Assembly (NCBI GenBank): GCA_002811645.1
Contig: PDIP01000010.1
Location: 1 to 64,000 of the forward strand
From: Corallochytrium limacisporum Hawaii
Taxonomy: Eukaryota; Protista; Pluriformea
Length of the DNA: 64,000 nucleotides
Direction of reading: 5' to 3'
This document shows, in pieces, positions 46,363 to 57,227 of the stretch. The notes under the pieces are model-generated. The model worked only from the letters and a program-made list of their open reading frames with translations. It had not been told where the DNA came from and did not search any database. The translations under genes and the position numbers were made by a program. Position 1 is the stretch's first letter; each line of letters starts with the position of its first letter.

Positions 46363-47436
46363 TTACTTGTTCTCAGCGTACCAAGACAGACCCTTCTCGA
46401 TGTTCTTGATCAGCTCGGGCTTCAGCTCCTCCAGGCGCCTCTTTTCGTGCTCACTCAGCTCGGGGATACCAGTGTTCTCCTGCACGCCGTCAGGTCCAAG
46501 GATGCAAGGAGTGGAAAAGAAGGGAATACCTTCACATGCGTTGCTCTCGACATAGGTGCATTCAACCATCTTCTCGCCGTTCATGCCTCGCATGAGAGAG
46601 ATGGCAAAGCGGGAACCAGCATAGGCCATGGAGAGAGTGGCAGAACCAGCACCCGCCTTCGCCTGCACAACCTCCGTACCACCATCCTGCACACGCGTGT
46701 CAAGAGCCGCGATCTCGGCATCGCTCATGTTCAGCTTGATCAGTTCGCCACCGGCCTTAGTGGCCTTGCTGAAGACGGGCAGAATAGTCACACCGGCATG
46801 GCCACCAATGACAGGGACCTCGACATTGTCAATGGAATCGACCAGACCCGCCTTTTCGGCGATGAAAGTGTTGGCGCGGACAATGTCCAAAGTCGTCACA
46901 CCCAAGATCTTGCTAGGCTTGTAGACACCCCGTGCCTTGTAGATTTCAGAGGCCAGAGGAACCATAGAGTTCACCGGGTTGGAGACAATGGCCAGCTTAG
47001 CATCAGGGCAGGCGTCAGCAACGCACTCAGTCAGAGATTTGACAATGCTGGCGTTGGTGTTGAACAGATCGTCACGAGTCATACCAGGCTTGCGCGGTAC
47101 ACCAGCAGGCATGACAACAACATCGCATCCCTTCAGCTGCTCCTTCAATCCCGCATCGTCCTCAGAAAAGGTAACCTTTGCCTTGGAGTTGACGTGACTC
47201 AGGTCAGCGGCCACACCAGGGGCACCACGTACGTCATGGATGACCAGGTGGTTGACCAGGGGGCTCAGTTTCAGGAGCATGGAGAGTGGCTGACCAATAC
47301 CACCTCCGGCACCCAGAACAGCAACCTTGAAGGACCGGTCACCGGTCGCCATGCAGCGGACGGCGTTAAATGCCAGCTGCTGGCTCTGCTGGCGCTTGGC
47401 CACACGAGCCACGTGAGAAGTGCTCTGCATCAGCAT
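46363..47436 (-). CDS. MDH2: Malate dehydrogenase, mitochondrial type
   Basis: 'KVAVLGAGGGIGQPLS', 'PAGVPRKPGMTRDDLFNTNA', 'GVTTLDIVRA', 'VIGGHAG' and 'GSATLSMAYAG'; N-terminal transit peptide. Confidence 0.97.
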   Translation of the reverse strand: MLMQSTSHVARVAKRQQSQQLAFNAVRCMATGDRSFKVAVLGAGGGIGQPLSMLLKLSPLVNHLVIHDVRGAPGVAADLSHVNSKAKVTFSEDDAGLKEQLKGCDVVVMPAGVPRKPGMTRDDLFNTNASIVKSLTECVADACPDAKLAIVSNPVNSMVPLASEIYKARGVYKPSKILGVTTLDIVRANTFIAEKAGLVDSIDNVEVPVIGGHAGVTILPVFSKATKAGGELIKLNMSDAEIAALDTRVQDGGTEVVQAKAGAGSATLSMAYAGSRFAISLMRGMNGEKMVECTYVESNACEGIPFFSTPCILGPDGVQENTGIPELSEHEKRRLEELKPELIKNIEKGLSWYAENK

Positions 47437-47458
47437 CTTTGCAAGTACGTATATGTTC

Positions 47459-47569
47459 CTGTTATTTATGTTAGAAACGGTAGGCGGAATGTCAAGGTTG
47501 ACGAGGTCGCAGGATCAATACTGCCCAAGTACCATCTCCGGACGGGTTCACCACGATAAGCAATCATAC
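47459..47569 (-). other. Predicted 111-nt 5'UTR intron of MDH2
   Basis: AAG|GTATGA...TTCTAACataaataaCAG|G, ending 22 nt before the ATG. Confidence 0.7.
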
Positions 47570-49341
47570 CTTATTGCTCCTGGCACAGACACAGTGGTAC
47601 TTCCGCGCAAGAAATCGCTGCAGACCGACAGTTGGTTCATCCTGAATCGATTCGTCTTCCCAAATGGGCTCTCCTCTAACTGCCGTCGTTGCACACCACC
47701 CCACCACCACGCAGACAGCACTCGTGTTTTCGCCTATGTTGTCCCTTTTCCGTCTTGGTGTCGCTGCCGTACTCGTCTGACATGTCCTATGTTTAGAACG
47801 TGCAATAACAAATAAAGCAAAGGGTAAACTGAGTAAACAGCGCAAGATCGGAGAGTGTGAGGTACGTCAAGCCATTGGTTGCTGTCTCAGGCAATCCATT
47901 CCAACACGGAAAGCAATGGTTGGTGGTCCTCCATCACCGACATTTGTTCCCATTACGCACAAGGATCTCCACCCATTGTTTTGAAACTGGACAGAACGCT
48001 CGAGCATCAGTTCCCCGCATCTCCCAATATAATCGGTGTTATGTGTGCCCACCTACACATCACACGGTCAACTCCAAATCAACTTACGACCTCGTCCTGT
48101 AAAGCGGGTTTAGTTCTCTGACTTTTTCCTCTAAAGCTCCACAGCACACCAAACTTCATTTCAACTGCTGTGTGGTCACGGGGTCATGTGCTCGTTTGTG
48201 GGGCCCCAGCAAAGGACAGGGGCTCAAAAAATGCTCCACCGTGACGTTACAAAATCGTACGTTTGCATCCCCTGGCTGCAAGCAGCCTTGGGCTCCACTC
48301 TGCTGCTTCGATATGCCCCCTTATCGTCAACTGTTGGAGATGTGGCACGCGAGCGGCTTTGCTCTCGTCACCCATCCCGATATCTAAGTTCCTATTGTGT
48401 ACATACAAGCAACAGCAGAAGGGACACACCCCCACGGAAGGGGGGCACAACCGAAACACAAGGCCCAGTCACCCACCCAACCCAACCCCCCTTTTTCTCC
48501 GGGCAGGAAGGGGGAGGGTTACCACCAAACCGTGCTTTTGTTTTCCTTTTTCCCTTTGTTTTCATTTTCCAGTGTTTGTTTCCAAAAGACGGGTGGAAAA
48601 GATGGCTTCCGACACCTAAGAATTTATTTCTACAGCCGCTCTCTTTGTCCGACTGGCTGTCAGGCCGCACAGAAGCGGTAAAAATAAAGACAGGGCCTGT
48701 AAGAGAAAAAAAAAAACCCGCCCGATCGTGTCCCGCTCCATCTGGCCCGGAAGTGTGTGGCGAGGTTGGTGAAAAAAAATTTCACCGGGTAAGATTGATA
48801 AAATCAACCGATTGAACAAGCCTGGGGATATTGGGTCGACGCGAGCCCATCGGAGTATGTTGAGAGGGTGAGCGTGCAAAAGGGGAGGGTGGGGGGGGGG
48901 CTTGTTTGGCCAGAGAGAGAGAGAGAGGAGAGCGAGAGAGAGAGATAGATGTGGACACCTACGAACAGACATCGATTACGAAGCCACGGCGAGAGATTAC
49001 ACACGTACGCTTACGAGGAAGCGCATGTCGCTTTCGCTGGTCTTGAAGGTCATCGTTCCAGAATTGCCAGCTGCGTCAGAACTGATACGTTGGGCGTAAG
49101 GTGTTGAGAACTCGGGCCAGTGGGCGGGCTCCGCGTCCGTATGCGCTCGACTGGCTGGGCCTGGCCGGGTTCGTGGGCCTTGCTCGGGAAAGGGTGGGTG
49201 GCGCACATCTGGTTCAACATGGTTTCCCTAGCTGTTACTTTGTGACCGCAATATCTATTTCAAAAAAATATTGGAAGATGTAAAGGGGTTCAGGAGTAGG
49301 AGGTCTATGGGACGATTCACAGAGTCCCATCAAAGCAAGTT

Positions 49342-50091
49342 ATGTGCGAGGATAGTGGTACACCGGGAGTGATCTACCTGTTTACGAAGTATCCTTACCT
49401 TGGAAAGTGCAAAACGCGGCTCGCCAAGGCTGGACTGCAGGAAGAGATCGTGCAGAAGATTGCCCGGGCATTCTTGTTAGATATTTTGCATAAATTTTCA
49501 GAACAGCGCATTCCTGAGGGATGTGACTGGGTCAGGAAAGCAAAGCGAATAGTCCTGTACGCACCAGCAGATGCAAGAGAAGGCTTCGAGGTTCTCCTGA
49601 GAGAGGAAGGAATAGCTTCTCAGTGGTCACTGGCACCCCAAACTGGTGGGTTAGTGTCAGACTTGGGTTCGAAACTTACTGACTGCCTGAAGGCCCATGT
49701 CAGCCGGTTTGGAACAGGCACGGCAGCCATTTTCATTGGGATGGATAGTCCACACTTGGATCCCAGAGTTGTGAACACTGCCATCCGGTCGTGTCAAAGA
49801 GACAATGTGGCATACATTCAACCGGCAACGGATGGTGGGTATGTGATGCTGGCCATCCCGGGTTCAACTGGCGTCACCTGCTTCCAAAACATCCGGTGGT
49901 CGAGTGAGGCAACATGTGAGGATCAGACAGGGAGCATAAAGGAGTCAGGCACAGATTGCAGGGTGCACAATGAGGCTCTCAGGGATGTGGACGATCTGGA
50001 CGATCTTATGGCATTAAAGAGATGGCTTGAGGAGAATGGCAGTCAAGTCGCTCCGCGAAGCCATTTGGCTGTGTCGCTCATCAAATTGTAA
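49342..50091 (+). CDS. TIGR04282/DUF2064 family glycosyltransferase-like protein (GT-A fold, CofC-related)
   Basis: 'LFTKYPYLGKCKTRLA', 'Q..G..SDLGSKL', 'IFIGMDSPHL', 'PATDGGYVML', 'FQNIRWSS' and 'LRDVDDLDDL'. Confidence 0.88.
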   Translation: MCEDSGTPGVIYLFTKYPYLGKCKTRLAKAGLQEEIVQKIARAFLLDILHKFSEQRIPEGCDWVRKAKRIVLYAPADAREGFEVLLREEGIASQWSLAPQTGGLVSDLGSKLTDCLKAHVSRFGTGTAAIFIGMDSPHLDPRVVNTAIRSCQRDNVAYIQPATDGGYVMLAIPGSTGVTCFQNIRWSSEATCEDQTGSIKESGTDCRVHNEALRDVDDLDDLMALKRWLEENGSQVAPRSHLAVSLIKL

Positions 50092-50236
50092 GTTCATAGC
50101 ATTGAATATCTTTGACACTATTGTGGCATAGTCCATCTATATACATACGATCATTCACAGCATATCGGTCAGCCCACCAAGGACTTGCCGACAACTCGTG
50201 CTACGGATGGGAGAAGCACGTCTTGTGCCGGAGGCT

Positions 50237-50991
50237 TTAGACATGTGAGTTTCGGACGGGGGACATCGTTTGTACTGATCCTCTCTGGCGTTGCATGGAT
50301 ACGATAGGTTGTGTCCATAGCATGCGCTGCTTCTTCTCTTTCAGAGTGCGAGCCTCCTTGGCCCTGGCACTCGTGGTCGTACCTGTGCGACCAGATATGG
50401 CCCGGCTCCTGGCAGGGTCGAGTAAGTGCTCGTGGGCCTTCCGATGTTCCATGCGCTCTTGTACCTGAGTTCGAAGGCTCTGAAGCTGAGGGTCAGGGGA
50501 ATTTTCACGAATGGTGGCCGTGTTCTCGACCTTCACAGTACGGCGCTGTATCTCTCGAGTCTGTCCGAGCGCCACCTGGTCTTCACGATGACGTGCGATG
50601 GCGTCAAGACGACGAGACACATCCTTATCCTTCTCCACTTTGGTCTGCATTATCCTTTTAGGACGTTCCTGGGTCTCTTGCTCTGCCTTACCTTCCAGTG
50701 CCTTTAGTCGTGTCTTCAATTCTACGAGGGACATTTCTGAGAGCCCTGCTCAAGTAATCTCCAGCACCCTGTACAAATCTCTGTAGTGAAGATGAGATAT
50801 GCAGGATCTGTGATTTGGTTTCCCTTGAGATAGCGCTCCGCAATGTCCTCGACGGACACCAGGTTGATGTCATTATCGTCCATGGGATCGCACGAGTACA
50901 CATGTTTAGGGTTTGCTTCATTTAATATGTTCTGACAGCCTTCTATGAGGCGCCGAAATCCTGCCTTTGTCTTGCCATTACAGTTTACCAT
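50237..50991 (-). CDS. Hypothetical protein (two overlapping ORFs, joinable by a 29-nt intron at 50746-50774)
   Basis: ORFs 50722-50991 and 50237-50734 overlap in different frames. Removing GTACAG...GAGCAG gives one 241-aa ORF with a coiled-coil-like C-terminal half. Confidence 0.45.
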
Positions 50992-52097
50992 AGTGAGCTA
51001 GCCACCTTGCGTACCAAACCCCAATGCTCTGTCAATATACACATGAGCATGTACGACGTTTTCTTCAACACCACGCCTGGCGCATGAACCGCCACTGGGC
51101 ATACCGAAGGTGAAAGATCTCAAATCCCATTATTCTACCTCTAATCCCCCGCACGCAACAGTCGCAGGCGCACGAATGTGCGGATGTGCAGCCAGGTGTG
51201 CCCTGTGTGCTCAACGACCGGCGAGTCCACATGGGACCGGGGGAAGACCCGCCCAGTGCGGTGCCGGGTCCCTTTCCCCCTGTGAGGCTCGGACCACCCT
51301 AGCAACTTACCCGTAGACTACTGGCGGGCTTTCCCTGCCCGGTGAAGAAGGCTGCCCACTGCTCAGTACCGACTGGACCTGCACCGGGACGCGGTGCGAA
51401 AAAGCTGGGCGAAATTGGAGTTAGGGTATCAGTTTGTATTTCCATATTCTTGGGCCCTTTTAATTGCTTTCCTTTTTTTTCCGCAAACCCGGGTTCACCG
51501 CCGCACTCCGCCCCCCCCCCCACCTCCCTTCCGAAAACAATGGCCTCCATTGTTTATGTACCGCAGCAGGGGTTTCTTTCCCGTCGTGCCACTCCCGTTG
51601 TTGGTGCAAATTTTCTTATTGGGCGGTAAAACTTCGTGGGGAACGGTGGCCATAGACTAACTACCGGGTATAGGTAGGAGGTTTTGTATCCACGGCTCTG
51701 GCCCCCGAGTACCCCGCTCGCAGTTGCGCTTCGTTCTCGGGCTCTTGTGGATGGGCGGTCCGCTTTCAGCCTATTCGGACGAGAACCGGGCTCTCTAAGC
51801 CAGCTGCGAAGACCCTAACCTGGCGGTGGCGGTGGCGGTGGACAAGTATGGCGAATGCATGAAATATGTGACTGGTGTATGGTATTGCTATGGCCTACTT
51901 GAGGTATACATGAAGGAGCATGATGCAGGTATTATCATTTACTTTGCAAAGACTGTCGATCGAGTTCGAACAACTCAGAGCACACTTACAATAATTATGG
52001 CTGGGAAAGAGTTGTACGGATAAAATTTTTGGAACCGTTCGGGCTTCCATGAGAAGATATATAGAATAGTATAGTAGATCAAAAAAATTTGATAAAA

Positions 52098-53312
52098 ATG
52101 TCTGCGATGATTAGGCACGGACTTGTGCGGCTTAAGAGTCGGTCACAACGAATAGTGTCAAAGAGCTCATTGCTAACGCTCCCGTACCCCATGGCCCCTG
52201 TGGTGCGGCCAGCAGTCGGAAAAGGCACCATTGAAATCGTTCGGCATATGACTTTGTGGGGCGCGACGCCTCCGGGATTTACTCCAGCTTCAAGAAGTAA
52301 TTTTTTCAGTGGTTCTCATGTCGACAAAATGTCCCACAAACGGACAGACGCAGATTGGATTAAGGCACAAAAGTACTCTCCTCGGGTCAGATTCTTACTT
52401 TTCGCGGCATTAAAGCCAATGCTTGCTGAGGTGTCCGATCCGGTTGACAGCAGACTGGGACGCTTCAGAACTATCGCGTGGGCGACATTAGATGAAGTAC
52501 AGAAGGTCGTGGACCTGGAAAGTGCGGTAACAGTCTTCCTTGGCACGGAACGGGCGTCTGGAAGACCGCTGTTCTGCTTAGATCTCACCGGTGGTGCTAG
52601 TGCTCCAAGTCCTCTGCAGGATGGCGTTCAGCCACAACTTTTTGAAAACGATGAACGTAAATTCAGGTCTATGTTGCCAACGGCTTTCCAACTTAGCAGC
52701 CAGGACGCTGGTGTGGTGGCCTTTGCGCGAAGCATGCTTTGTTGGCACGCTGACAACACATATTGCCCTGTCTGCGGTAGCCGCACTGCCATTTTTGATG
52801 CTGGTTTCCGTAAGAAGTGTGTCAGTCCAGGATGTGCAGGTCGTCGTGGTTTAAGCACAGCCCATCCTCGAGTTGATCCAGTAATGATTGCCCTGGTTGT
52901 GTCACCCGATGGTGATCGGTGTCTGCTGGGCCGCTCAAAGAGCTTCCCTCCGGGTCTATACAGTTGCCTCAGTGGCTTTCTTGAACCTGGCGAATCTCTG
53001 GAGGAGGGTGTACGTCGCGAAGTGTACGAAGAGAGTGGCGTCCTGGTAGGTCCGGTGCAGTACCACAGCAGTCAGATGTGGCCCTTTCCGTCATCGCTGA
53101 TGCTGGGCTGTCTTGCTTTTGCTAAAACGGACGTGATCAAGGTCGTGGAAGACGAGCTAGAGAGTGTTCGGTGGTTCACTCACCGGGAGGCAGTGTCCAT
53201 GTTCAAACCGCAGGAACGGAGCCAAGGTGGCTTGCATTTGCCGCCATCACAGGCCATTGCACACCAGCTCATCAAGAGTTGGGCGACAGCAGGTATCAGC
53301 AGGGTGATCTAG
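52098..53312 (+). CDS. NADH pyrophosphatase / NAD-cap hydrolase, NudC (NUDT12/13) family
   Basis: Zinc ribbon 'YCPVCG...KCVSPGC', 'HPRVDPVMI', Nudix box 'GFLEPGESLEEGVRREVYEESG' and 'SQMWPFPSSLMLGC'. First ATG is at 52098. Confidence 0.93.
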   Translation: MSAMIRHGLVRLKSRSQRIVSKSSLLTLPYPMAPVVRPAVGKGTIEIVRHMTLWGATPPGFTPASRSNFFSGSHVDKMSHKRTDADWIKAQKYSPRVRFLLFAALKPMLAEVSDPVDSRLGRFRTIAWATLDEVQKVVDLESAVTVFLGTERASGRPLFCLDLTGGASAPSPLQDGVQPQLFENDERKFRSMLPTAFQLSSQDAGVVAFARSMLCWHADNTYCPVCGSRTAIFDAGFRKKCVSPGCAGRRGLSTAHPRVDPVMIALVVSPDGDRCLLGRSKSFPPGLYSCLSGFLEPGESLEEGVRREVYEESGVLVGPVQYHSSQMWPFPSSLMLGCLAFAKTDVIKVVEDELESVRWFTHREAVSMFKPQERSQGGLHLPPSQAIAHQLIKSWATAGISRVI

Positions 53313-53416
53313 AAATCGCTCTTAAGTATTAGAATGAATATTGCATCGTTCGATTGGTGCTGTATGGCTTTCCTTATATTGCATTTTGATTTGTTTTCCA
53401 GTTTCTGCCCCCGTGC

Positions 53417-56400
53417 CTAGACCAGCAGGTCGGCGGCACGCACCATAGCCGGGGAAGATGGCGTTTCGGCGTTGCCACCGCGGCTGGGGGTGGAGAGGGC
53501 AGGCTTGGAGGGACGGCCCTGGTTGTTCTGTACAACGGCATGATCACGCGCTTCGTCTTCAATGAAGGCTAGGGCATTGTCACGGGTGATGCAGTCAATG
53601 TGTGAAATCTTGTTACGGAAAGTAATGCCGTAGAAGTTATCAGCACACTGAAGCATTTCTGGACGGAACGTGGTGGTGATGAACTGGGCGTTGTCACTCT
53701 GGCGCTGAATCATAGCGGCGACTGATGTACGATGAGCTTGATCCAAAGCAGCGTCAATCTCATCAAACAAATAGAACGGAGCAGGGTCACAACGCTGAAT
53801 GGCAAAGATCAAGGTCAAGGCAACCAAAGTCTTCTGACCGCCAGAGAGCTGCTGCATCATTTGGGTTTCATCATTGCGTCCAGTGAAGCTGATCTTAACA
53901 GCCACGCCCACGTAGCTGTCGACGCGGTTCTTTGCGGCAGCAGTCTTCTTCCGACGACGCTTGCGCCGTGCCTCCTCATGGTCCGCTTCTTCGCCATCTT
54001 CGGCTTCTTCCTCAGTGGGTAGTGCCCTGCGCTGCATCACCATCTCAGCCTTGCCGCCAGGAACCAACTCAGCGAAGCAATCACTGAAGTTTTTGGCGAC
54101 CTGCTTGAATGTACGTGTGATGGCCTCATCCTTTTGATAGTCGAGATGCTGAATGAGCTCATGAATAGCCCCGTCGGCCTCATCAAGTTCTTCCTTGCGG
54201 CTAATAATGTCTTCACGCTGCTGGCTGAAAGACTTGAACTGCTCGATAGCCTTTTTGTTGACATGGCTGTACTTCTTTAGCCTCTCGTTGACATGCTGTA
54301 GCTTCTTGTGAAGGTTTTCAACCGAGGTGTTCTGGTACTGCTTGTAGTCGCTCTGGAGGGGACCTAGGTCACGAATGCTGCGTTGCAGTTCTTCCTTGCG
54401 CTGCTGTAAGTTCTGCTGGTTAGCAGAGTTCTTCTCTATCAGCTTGGATTGACTACCCTCTTCGTTTTCTGTCTCGGCCAAACGTTCCCGCAAGCGCTCA
54501 ATCGTTTTCTTTCCATCGTTAAGCTTGGCGTCGAGTTCAGAGGACTTCTTGGAGAGAGCAATGCGCTTCTGTTCAGTTCTGCTGAGCTGGTTAGAGATCC
54601 GCTGAAGCTCGTCACGCTTGATACTCGCTTCACTGTTTGCAAGCCGCATCTCAATCTCATTCAGGTCAGCCTGTTGTTGGTTGCGACGCGGGATGTAGTT
54701 GTTGTTGAGCTCTGCTGCCAGTTGCATTTTCTTGGTATCCAGAGATTCCTTTTGAGCGTTGATCTGCAGCAAAGCTGCATTCGCACTCTGCAGTTCCTCT
54801 AGGATGTTGTTGAGCTCCTGTTGTTCCTCGGCAGTGAGTGCGTTTGACATCTCACTTCCCATTTCCTTTGTATGGCGTCCAATGGCATTGGAAAGATCAT
54901 CTACCTCAGTAGATAGTCCCTCCAGGACTTGACGCTGTTGCTCGATGTTTGCATTGAGCTGAGGAATGACGGAGTCCTCAATGTTTGTCATCTTCCGCAT
55001 GAGCTCCGAGGTTGCAGCCTGCAAGGCCTCACGCTGCTGGCGGAGTTTCTGCAGGCTGGTCTGGGCGTTCGTGGTTTTTTGGCTCAGTTTCATCAGCTCT
55101 TCCTGGAGCTTTTCCAGTTCTTGGGAGAGCATTTCGTGCTCAACCCGGGTCTCTTGAACACGCTTTGAGCATGCGATACGAGACCGAGCAAAATCAGTAT
55201 GACCACCAGTAATTGCACCCTTACGGTTGTGACGATCGCCATCCAACGTAATACCATCAAGGTCGTGGCTTTTCACATACTTTGAAGCAATCTCCAGATT
55301 CCTGCAAATCAAGGTACGTCCGAAGACTTCATGCACAGCACGTTCGATCTTGCGGTCATACTTCAGTTTCTTAATCAAAGGAATAGCATCGGACGCATTT
55401 GGGTAGTTGAAGTGGCGAGGCCTAAGACGATTTAGAGGCATAAAGGTGACGCGTCCATGCTGACGACGGCGTCCGTCTTCTTTACCCATGAGCTCCAAAA
55501 TGCGGGCTGCTACGTCGTCACTATCGACCACAACATTGAACAAGTCACCTCCGCCACTGACTTCAGCGGCAGTCGCAAACTCATCGGAACATGAGATGAG
55601 TTCAATAAGTGGTCCATGGTAGCCCTGAATGTTGTGTTCCTGCACGATGCGCTTCACATTCCGCAACCCAAGAATCACAGCATGAGTAGTGGTACGTTCC
55701 AAGTTCCTTTCCGCATCTTCCAACTGGTCCTGGGATTCCTTGTTACGGCTCATGAGGTCACTCTCCTTCTCCTGCAGATCCTGGCGTGCTTGCCGCAGTT
55801 CTTCGTACTGCGAATTTGCCAGCTTGAGATCGTCACCGAGACGCTGCACTTCTTTGCGGTTGGTCTGGAGCTCATCCTTGATTTCCTTAACAGTCTGCTT
55901 GTTTTCTTCGACTTGCGAAGTCTTTGTCGAGATGTCTGTCTGATACTCTGCAATTGCTGTGTTCTTTTCTGCCAGAGACTGCTGAAGTGACTTAATCTCA
56001 CCTGACAGCCACTGGTCACGGTCTGCCTTGTTCTTGAACTGGCTGTTACGAGACTGTTTGGCGAATAGAACATCCCTCTTCTGCTGTAGGGTACGCACAA
56101 CAGAGCTCTGCTCTGCCTCTTGCGCATTAATGCTTTGGAGCTTGGGCTCGACTTGTGCAATGTGGCGCTTGCGACTGTCAATCATGTTGTCCAGCTCCCG
56201 GATGCTGCCCCGCAGAGTCATGGAGGCTTGATTGTCTTCACCCTCACGTTCCTCAATATCAGAAACTTCGTAGGACACCTTGGTTCGTTCCTTTAACTGT
56301 CTATCCAATGCAGATGCTGTGCTCTCGAGCTGCTGCTGTACGTTTCCAATATTGTCCTGCAATGAACTCTTCTGGATCTCTAGCTGGGCAATCTGTTGAC

Positions 56401-57190
56401 GGAGCTTCTCGGATTCTTCATAGTTCTTCTCTCCTTTCTTCAAAATCTCCGTCCTCTCAAATTCGGCATCACCGAGCCGCTGAGTAATTGCAGCGAGTTC
56501 TTTCTTATATGTGACATACTCAATACATGATTTGTCCCTTTCAAGTTTGATGTACTTGTCCAGTTCATCCTTTTCTGCGTTCAATTCTCCGAGACGTTCT
56601 TCGATGTACTCAGCGAGGCCTTCGATCTTGGCGCGCTTTGCTTCTGTCTCGTCTAAAATCCGCATACTGTTTTCTCTCTTTTGGTCGTATACAGTGGTAC
56701 CTGCAACTTCCTTTAGAAGGTCAAGGCGGTCTGCATCCTTGGCAGTGGCAAGAGCGTTGATCTTACCCTGTTGAACAATATAATAGGGATTCGAACGCGA
56801 AAACCCAGCTGCTTCCAAGAGGTTTTCCACTTCCTGCTTTGTGATGTGGCGCTTGTCAAGGAAGTACTCATCCTTCTTGGCACCAATGGAGCGTCGTAGT
56901 GTAACTTCCTGTTTATCTACCGGCAGACGTCCATCACTGTTATCAAAAACAATTTCAACGTATGCTGACATTGCTGCCGCTCCCGCACCCTCGTGAAGCA
57001 GAGCCTGACGTTCTTCACTACGGAGGTTGTTGTAGGCATCCGACAGGACAAACCGAATGGCGGAGAAGAAATTGGATTTGCCACTACCATTGCGTCCTAC
57101 GACTACGTTGAACTTCTCACTAAAAGGCTCAACTTCCAGGACGTCCTTGTAGGACTTGAAGTTATTAATAATAACTTGCTTAATATACAT
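53417..57190 (-). CDS. SMC3: Cohesin subunit SMC3
   Basis: Probable start is MYIKQVII at 57190. Walker A 'GRNGSGKSNF', acetylation loop 'SIGAKKDEY', hinge domain, signature 'LSGGQKT' and Walker B 'FYLFDEIDAALD'. Confidence 0.98.
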   Translation of the reverse strand: MYIKQVIINNFKSYKDVLEVEPFSEKFNVVVGRNGSGKSNFFSAIRFVLSDAYNNLRSEERQALLHEGAGAAAMSAYVEIVFDNSDGRLPVDKQEVTLRRSIGAKKDEYFLDKRHITKQEVENLLEAAGFSRSNPYYIVQQGKINALATAKDADRLDLLKEVAGTTVYDQKRENSMRILDETEAKRAKIEGLAEYIEERLGELNAEKDELDKYIKLERDKSCIEYVTYKKELAAITQRLGDAEFERTEILKKGEKNYEESEKLRQQIAQLEIQKSSLQDNIGNVQQQLESTASALDRQLKERTKVSYEVSDIEEREGEDNQASMTLRGSIRELDNMIDSRKRHIAQVEPKLQSINAQEAEQSSVVRTLQQKRDVLFAKQSRNSQFKNKADRDQWLSGEIKSLQQSLAEKNTAIAEYQTDISTKTSQVEENKQTVKEIKDELQTNRKEVQRLGDDLKLANSQYEELRQARQDLQEKESDLMSRNKESQDQLEDAERNLERTTTHAVILGLRNVKRIVQEHNIQGYHGPLIELISCSDEFATAAEVSGGGDLFNVVVDSDDVAARILELMGKEDGRRRQHGRVTFMPLNRLRPRHFNYPNASDAIPLIKKLKYDRKIERAVHEVFGRTLICRNLEIASKYVKSHDLDGITLDGDRHNRKGAITGGHTDFARSRIACSKRVQETRVEHEMLSQELEKLQEELMKLSQKTTNAQTSLQKLRQQREALQAATSELMRKMTNIEDSVIPQLNANIEQQRQVLEGLSTEVDDLSNAIGRHTKEMGSEMSNALTAEEQQELNNILEELQSANAALLQINAQKESLDTKKMQLAAELNNNYIPRRNQQQADLNEIEMRLANSEASIKRDELQRISNQLSRTEQKRIALSKKSSELDAKLNDGKKTIERLRERLAETENEEGSQSKLIEKNSANQQNLQQRKEELQRSIRDLGPLQSDYKQYQNTSVENLHKKLQHVNERLKKYSHVNKKAIEQFKSFSQQREDIISRKEELDEADGAIHELIQHLDYQKDEAITRTFKQVAKNFSDCFAELVPGGKAEMVMQRRALPTEEEAEDGEEADHEEARRKRRRKKTAAAKNRVDSYVGVAVKISFTGRNDETQMMQQLSGGQKTLVALTLIFAIQRCDPAPFYLFDEIDAALDQAHRTSVAAMIQRQSDNAQFITTTFRPEMLQCADNFYGITFRNKISHIDCITRDNALAFIEDEARDHAVVQNNQGRPSKPALSTPSRGGNAETPSSPAMVRAADLLV

Positions 57191-57227
57191 CTTGTCACCG
57201 TTCGGACAGTATGCTTGAATCCCGAAT

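Noticed and set aside
51778-51797. Resemblance of 'acgagaaccgggctctct' to the RNase P/MRP CR-V element
   Set aside because: No matching CR-I strand able to form helix P4 was found on the same strand at a plausible distance.
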